NCBI GenBank assembly: GCA_963803705.1
Contig: CAWDNU010000004.1
Location: 640,001-704,000, forward strand
Source: an uncultured Pseudobdellovibrionaceae bacterium
Lineage (GTDB): Bacteria; Bdellovibrionota; Bdellovibrionia; Bdellovibrionales; UBA1609
DNA: 64,000 nucleotides
Reading direction: 5' to 3'
The notes under the pieces are model-generated. The model saw only the letters and a program-made list of their open reading frames with translations. It ran no database searches and was not told where the DNA came from. Shown here piece by piece: positions 58,850-64,000 of this stretch (its first letter is position 1; the number at the start of each line of letters is the position of its first letter). Both the position numbers and the translations under genes were made by a program.

Positions 58850-61800
58850 CTAGCTTACAGGTTGGTTCTGAGTTGTTTCAACAACACCTGTTGCCATCCC
58901 TCCTGGCAGAACTGCTCCAGAGCTTGATTCAGATCGCTCATCCACCTTTATCTTCCAGCGCTTGTAAGCGGGTACGCCCGTTCCTGCAGGGATCAGACGG
59001 CCCATTATAATGTTCTCTTTCAAACCCTGAAGATTATCAATTTTGGACTGGATAGCTGCTTCTGTTAAAACCTTAGTAGTTTCTTGGAAAGAAGCCGCAG
59101 AAATCCAACTTTCTGTTCCAAGGGACACTTTAGTTATACCCAGTAAAAGTGGTGTTCCGACTGCTGGCAACCCACCGCTAGCCACAACTGCTTCGTTTGT
59201 TTTTTCAAAGCGATATCTTTCAACCTGCTCACCTTTCAAAAACTCTGTGTCGCCTGAATCATCAACACCTACTTTTCTAAGCATCTGACGTACAATAACT
59301 TCGATGTGCTTATCGTTAATTCCAACACCTTGAAGTCTGTAAACTTCTTGGACTTCGTTCACTAAATAAGCTGCAAGCTCTTTGTCACCTAATACCTTCA
59401 AAATATCGTGCGGATCTGTAGGTCCGTCCATCAAAGCCTCGCCAGCTTTAACGTATTCGCCCTCTCGGACTGCAATGTGCTTACCTTTCGGAATTAAGTA
59501 CTCTCTAGGCTCACCAACTTCAGGTGTCACGACGACTCTTTGTTTGCCTTTAACGTCATTTCCAAACGTTACATACCCATCAATCTCAGTGATGATTGCA
59601 GCCTCTTTCGGAGTTCTAGCTTCAAAAAGTTCAGCCACACGAGGAAGACCACCCGTAATATCTTTTGTTTTAGAAGTTTCTCTGTGGATTTTAGCTACAA
59701 CATCACCAGAGTGAATCTCTTCGCCTTCAGCGACTAACAACTGAGCACCAACTGGTAAAATATATTTTGCATCAGCATCACGGCCTTTCAGTGGGATATG
59801 ATTTCCAGCACTGTCCACAACATAAACTGTAGGTTTAGAGTCCATGGCTTTACTGTCAGTGATTACTTTTGTTGCAAAACCAGTTACCGAGTCGACTTGT
59901 TCAGTTAAAGATTGCCCTTCTTCAATGCCCTCGAAAGCAGCAGTACCAGAGACTTCGGCTACAATCGGGTTTGAGTAAGGATCCCATTCTGCCAGGACCA
60001 TATCTTTAGTAACTTTTTCACCATCTTTGATATTTAAAGTAGTTCCATAGACCACACCCAAACGATCTCTTTCACGACCCGTTTCATCAGTAAGAACTAT
60101 AAAACCATTACGATTCATAGAAACAAGTTTTCCTTGTCTATTTTCAACAGTGTGAACCGAATCTAAAGTTACAGTTCCATCTACCCTTGCTACATGAACA
60201 GATTGTTCCACTGAACGAGAAGCTGTACCACCCAAATGGAAGGTTCTCATCGTCAACTGTGTGCCAGGCTCGCCGATAGACTGAGCTGCGATAATACCTA
60301 CAGCTTCACCTAAGTTTACTGTAGTTCCTCTTGATAAGTCGCGGCCGTAACACTTAATACAAATTCCACGTTCTGTCCGACACGTTAAAGCTGACCTGAT
60401 CATTACTTTTTCAACATTAAGTTCATCGATCAAATTCACGTCAGCCTCTTCAAGCTCTTCGCCAGCAGCTACTATAACGTCGTTTGTGTTAGGATCTAAA
60501 ATATCTTCCAGAGCTGTGCGGCCAAGAATTCGATCTCCAAGCTTTTGTATGACTTCTCCGCCCTCAATAAGCTGCTTAACTTCCATCCCATCTTTTGTGC
60601 CACAGTCATTTTCAGTCACTACTACGTCTTGAGATACATCGACTAATCTACGAGTTAAATATCCAGAGTTTGCAGTTTTAAGAGCCGTATCAGCAAGACC
60701 TTTTCTGGCACCATGTGTAGAGATAAAATATTGAAGAACTGATAAGCCTTCACGGAAATTTGCAACAATTGGTGTTTCGATAATTTCACCAGATGGTTTG
60801 GCCATCAGACCACGCATACCTGCCAACTGACGGATTTGAGCTGCTGAACCCCTTGCGCCAGAGTCAGCCATAATGAAAATTGAATTAAAACTGTCGGTTT
60901 CAATATCTTTTCCGTCAACATTGAAAGTTTGCTTCTCTATTCCTCTCATCATTTCTTTGGCAACCTTGTCACCAGTCTGAGCCCAAATATCTACAACCTT
61001 ATTATAGCGCTCACCATCAGTGATCAAACCTTCGTCGTACTGACCTTCGATCTCTGCAACTTCATTTTCAGCATTTAAAATCATAGTTTTTTTATTTTCT
61101 GGAATAGTCATGTCATCAAGACAGATCGAAATTCCAGCTTTAGTAGAGTATTTAAAACCAAGCTGCATAATCTTATCAGCTAGTATTGCAGTAGCTTTAC
61201 CGCCAGAAATTCTAAATGCTTTATCTATAACTTCAGCAAGCTGTCTTTTTCCAAGGGTTCTGTTGGCCTCTTCGAAAGGAACACCCGGAGGCACAATATC
61301 TGAAAAAATCGCACGCCCAACCGTTGTGTCTCGCAGTTTACCTTGGATACGAACCTTGCACTCGGCCTGCAAATCAATGTGATCTGCTTCATAAGCGTAA
61401 ATAAGTTCAGACACACTACCGAAAGTTTTACCGCGGCCCTTGGCGCCTGGTCTTACTCTAGTCATCCAGTAACAACCTAAAACTATATCCTGAGTAGGGT
61501 TGATGATTGGCTTACCATTTGCCGGAGATAATATGTTGTTCGTGGACATCATAAGTACACGAGCTTCAACTTGTGCTTCCAGTGAAAGCGGAACATGGAC
61601 GGCCATTTGGTCACCATCGAAATCTGCGTTAAAAGCAGTACATACAAGTGGATGTAACTGGATAGCTTTGCCTTCATGAAGTACAGGTTCAAAAGCTTGA
61701 ATTCCAAGCCTATGAAGTGTTGGTGCACGGTTTAACATTACAGGATGTTCTTTCACGCACTCAGATAAGATATCCCAAACTTCTACGGTTTCTTCTTCCA

Positions 61801-63001
61801 CAAGCTTTTTGGCTTGCTTAATGGTGGTCGCAAAACCTCTTTCTTCTAATTTATTATAAATAAAGGGCTTAAATAATTCTAAAGCCATTTTTTTAGGTAA
61901 TCCGCACTGGTGTAATTTTAAATAAGGTCCTACGACAATAACCGAACGACCAGAGTAATCCACGCGCTTACCAAGTAAGTTTTGTCTAAAACGCCCTTGC
62001 TTACCTTTAAGCATATCACTTAATGATTTTAATGGACGCTTGTTTGGTCCGGTAAAAGTTTTACCGCGACGTCCATTATCCAACAAGGCGTCTACAGCTT
62101 CTTGAAGCATACGTTTTTCATTTCGAATAATAATATCTGGAGCATTTAATTCTTGTAACCTTTTTAAGCGGTTATTTCTGTTGATAACTCGTCTGTAAAG
62201 ATCATTCAAATCAGATGTGGCAAAGCGTCCACCATCTAAAGGAACTAAAGGTCTTAGATCCGGTGGAATAACTGGTAAAGCTTGAATCATCATCCACTCA
62301 GGCTTGTTGATTGAACCCTTAAAAGCTTCAACAACTTTTAGACGCTTCGTGATCTTCTTCATTTGGGTTTCAGACTTAGTCTCTTTCATTTCGATTCTAA
62401 GTTTTTTAGATAAATAATCTGTATCAATTTTTTTAAGTAAATCTAAAACGGCAGTTCCACCAACAGTGGCTTTAAAGTTTGGACCAAAATCATTCAATGC
62501 ATTTTGGTAAGCCTCTTCTCCCAAAACGGAGCCTTCTTCTAAGGTCGTTTCCATAGGATCAGTTACTAAGTAGGCTTCGCAATACAAAACTCGCTCAACA
62601 TCTTTTAAAGTTAACCCAAGTAAATTTCCAATACGACTTGGAAGTGATCTTAAAAACCAGATATGTGCGACTGGGCTTGAAAGCTCAATATGACCCATAC
62701 GTTCACGACGAACTTTAGACTGAGTTACTTCAACGCCGCACTTCTCGCAAACAACTCCACGGTACTTCATTCTTTTATATTTACCGCATAAACATTCGTA
62801 ATCCTTTATAGGTCCGAAAATTTTAGCGCAAAATAAACCGTCTCTTTCTGGTTTAAAAGTTCTATAATTGATCGTTTCCGGCTTTTTAACTTCGCCGAAA
62901 GACCATTCTCTAATCATTTCTGGAGAAGCCAAAGAAATTCTAACAGATTCAAAAGCTAATGGATCTTTTGGTTTGTCAAAAAAGTTTAATAAGTCTTTCA
63001 A
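58850..63001 (-). CDS. rpoC: RNA polymerase beta' subunit
   Basis: [10 protein letters not shown]; Zn-finger cysteines; [16 protein letters not shown] start. Confidence 0.99.
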   Translation of the reverse strand: MKDLLNFFDKPKDPLAFESVRISLASPEMIREWSFGEVKKPETINYRTFKPERDGLFCAKIFGPIKDYECLCGKYKRMKYRGVVCEKCGVEVTQSKVRRERMGHIELSSPVAHIWFLRSLPSRIGNLLGLTLKDVERVLYCEAYLVTDPMETTLEEGSVLGEEAYQNALNDFGPNFKATVGGTAVLDLLKKIDTDYLSKKLRIEMKETKSETQMKKITKRLKVVEAFKGSINKPEWMMIQALPVIPPDLRPLVPLDGGRFATSDLNDLYRRVINRNNRLKRLQELNAPDIIIRNEKRMLQEAVDALLDNGRRGKTFTGPNKRPLKSLSDMLKGKQGRFRQNLLGKRVDYSGRSVIVVGPYLKLHQCGLPKKMALELFKPFIYNKLEERGFATTIKQAKKLVEEETVEVWDILSECVKEHPVMLNRAPTLHRLGIQAFEPVLHEGKAIQLHPLVCTAFNADFDGDQMAVHVPLSLEAQVEARVLMMSTNNILSPANGKPIINPTQDIVLGCYWMTRVRPGAKGRGKTFGSVSELIYAYEADHIDLQAECKVRIQGKLRDTTVGRAIFSDIVPPGVPFEEANRTLGKRQLAEVIDKAFRISGGKATAILADKIMQLGFKYSTKAGISICLDDMTIPENKKTMILNAENEVAEIEGQYDEGLITDGERYNKVVDIWAQTGDKVAKEMMRGIEKQTFNVDGKDIETDSFNSIFIMADSGARGSAAQIRQLAGMRGLMAKPSGEIIETPIVANFREGLSVLQYFISTHGARKGLADTALKTANSGYLTRRLVDVSQDVVVTENDCGTKDGMEVKQLIEGGEVIQKLGDRILGRTALEDILDPNTNDVIVAAGEELEEADVNLIDELNVEKVMIRSALTCRTERGICIKCYGRDLSRGTTVNLGEAVGIIAAQSIGEPGTQLTMRTFHLGGTASRSVEQSVHVARVDGTVTLDSVHTVENRQGKLVSMNRNGFIVLTDETGRERDRLGVVYGTTLNIKDGEKVTKDMVLAEWDPYSNPIVAEVSGTAAFEGIEEGQSLTEQVDSVTGFATKVITDSKAMDSKPTVYVVDSAGNHIPLKGRDADAKYILPVGAQLLVAEGEEIHSGDVVAKIHRETSKTKDITGGLPRVAELFEARTPKEAAIITEIDGYVTFGNDVKGKQRVVVTPEVGEPREYLIPKGKHIAVREGEYVKAGEALMDGPTDPHDILKVLGDKELAAYLVNEVQEVYRLQGVGINDKHIEVIVRQMLRKVGVDDSGDTEFLKGEQVERYRFEKTNEAVVASGGLPAVGTPLLLGITKVSLGTESWISAASFQETTKVLTEAAIQSKIDNLQGLKENIIMGRLIPAGTGVPAYKRWKIKVDERSESSSGAVLPGGMATGVVETTQNQPVS

Positions 63002-63054
63002 GGGTAACCTCGCTTATACGTGGAAAAAAATTAAATTATAAACAAAAAACAACT

Positions 63055-64000
<946 letters not shown>

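Overview
AT-rich bacterial chromosome segment, most likely from a Bdellovibrionales-like predator. This is an inference from a DgcB-type FHA-GGDEF cyclase, GYF/PilZ proteins, a 'YQNC' lipoprotein signal and several sigma28-type promoters. Housekeeping genes: lptC-like (partial), phoH-family, rlmN, pyrD, mutT, HU/IHF, epmA, gcvP/T/H, folD, ppc, mtnP-mtnA-class II aldolase, tRNA-Leu(TAG), rpoB (partial)-rpoC-rpsL-rpsG and a detached, domain-IV-degenerate fusA. They are mixed with many exported proteins: a TSP1x4-vWA lipoprotein, a GLUG-type lipoprotein, a dihaem cytochrome-PKD lipoprotein, two peptidoglycan hydrolases and a small Flp/Tad pilin cluster. There is also a type III PKS / membrane protein / UbiG-like methyltransferase operon. 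Intergenic DNA holds three related families of palindromic MITE-like elements, including one nested insertion and several same-orientation solo ends that sit at stop codons. I saw no CRISPR array, rRNA, transposase or integrase. All calls come from reading motifs by eye; no searches were run.
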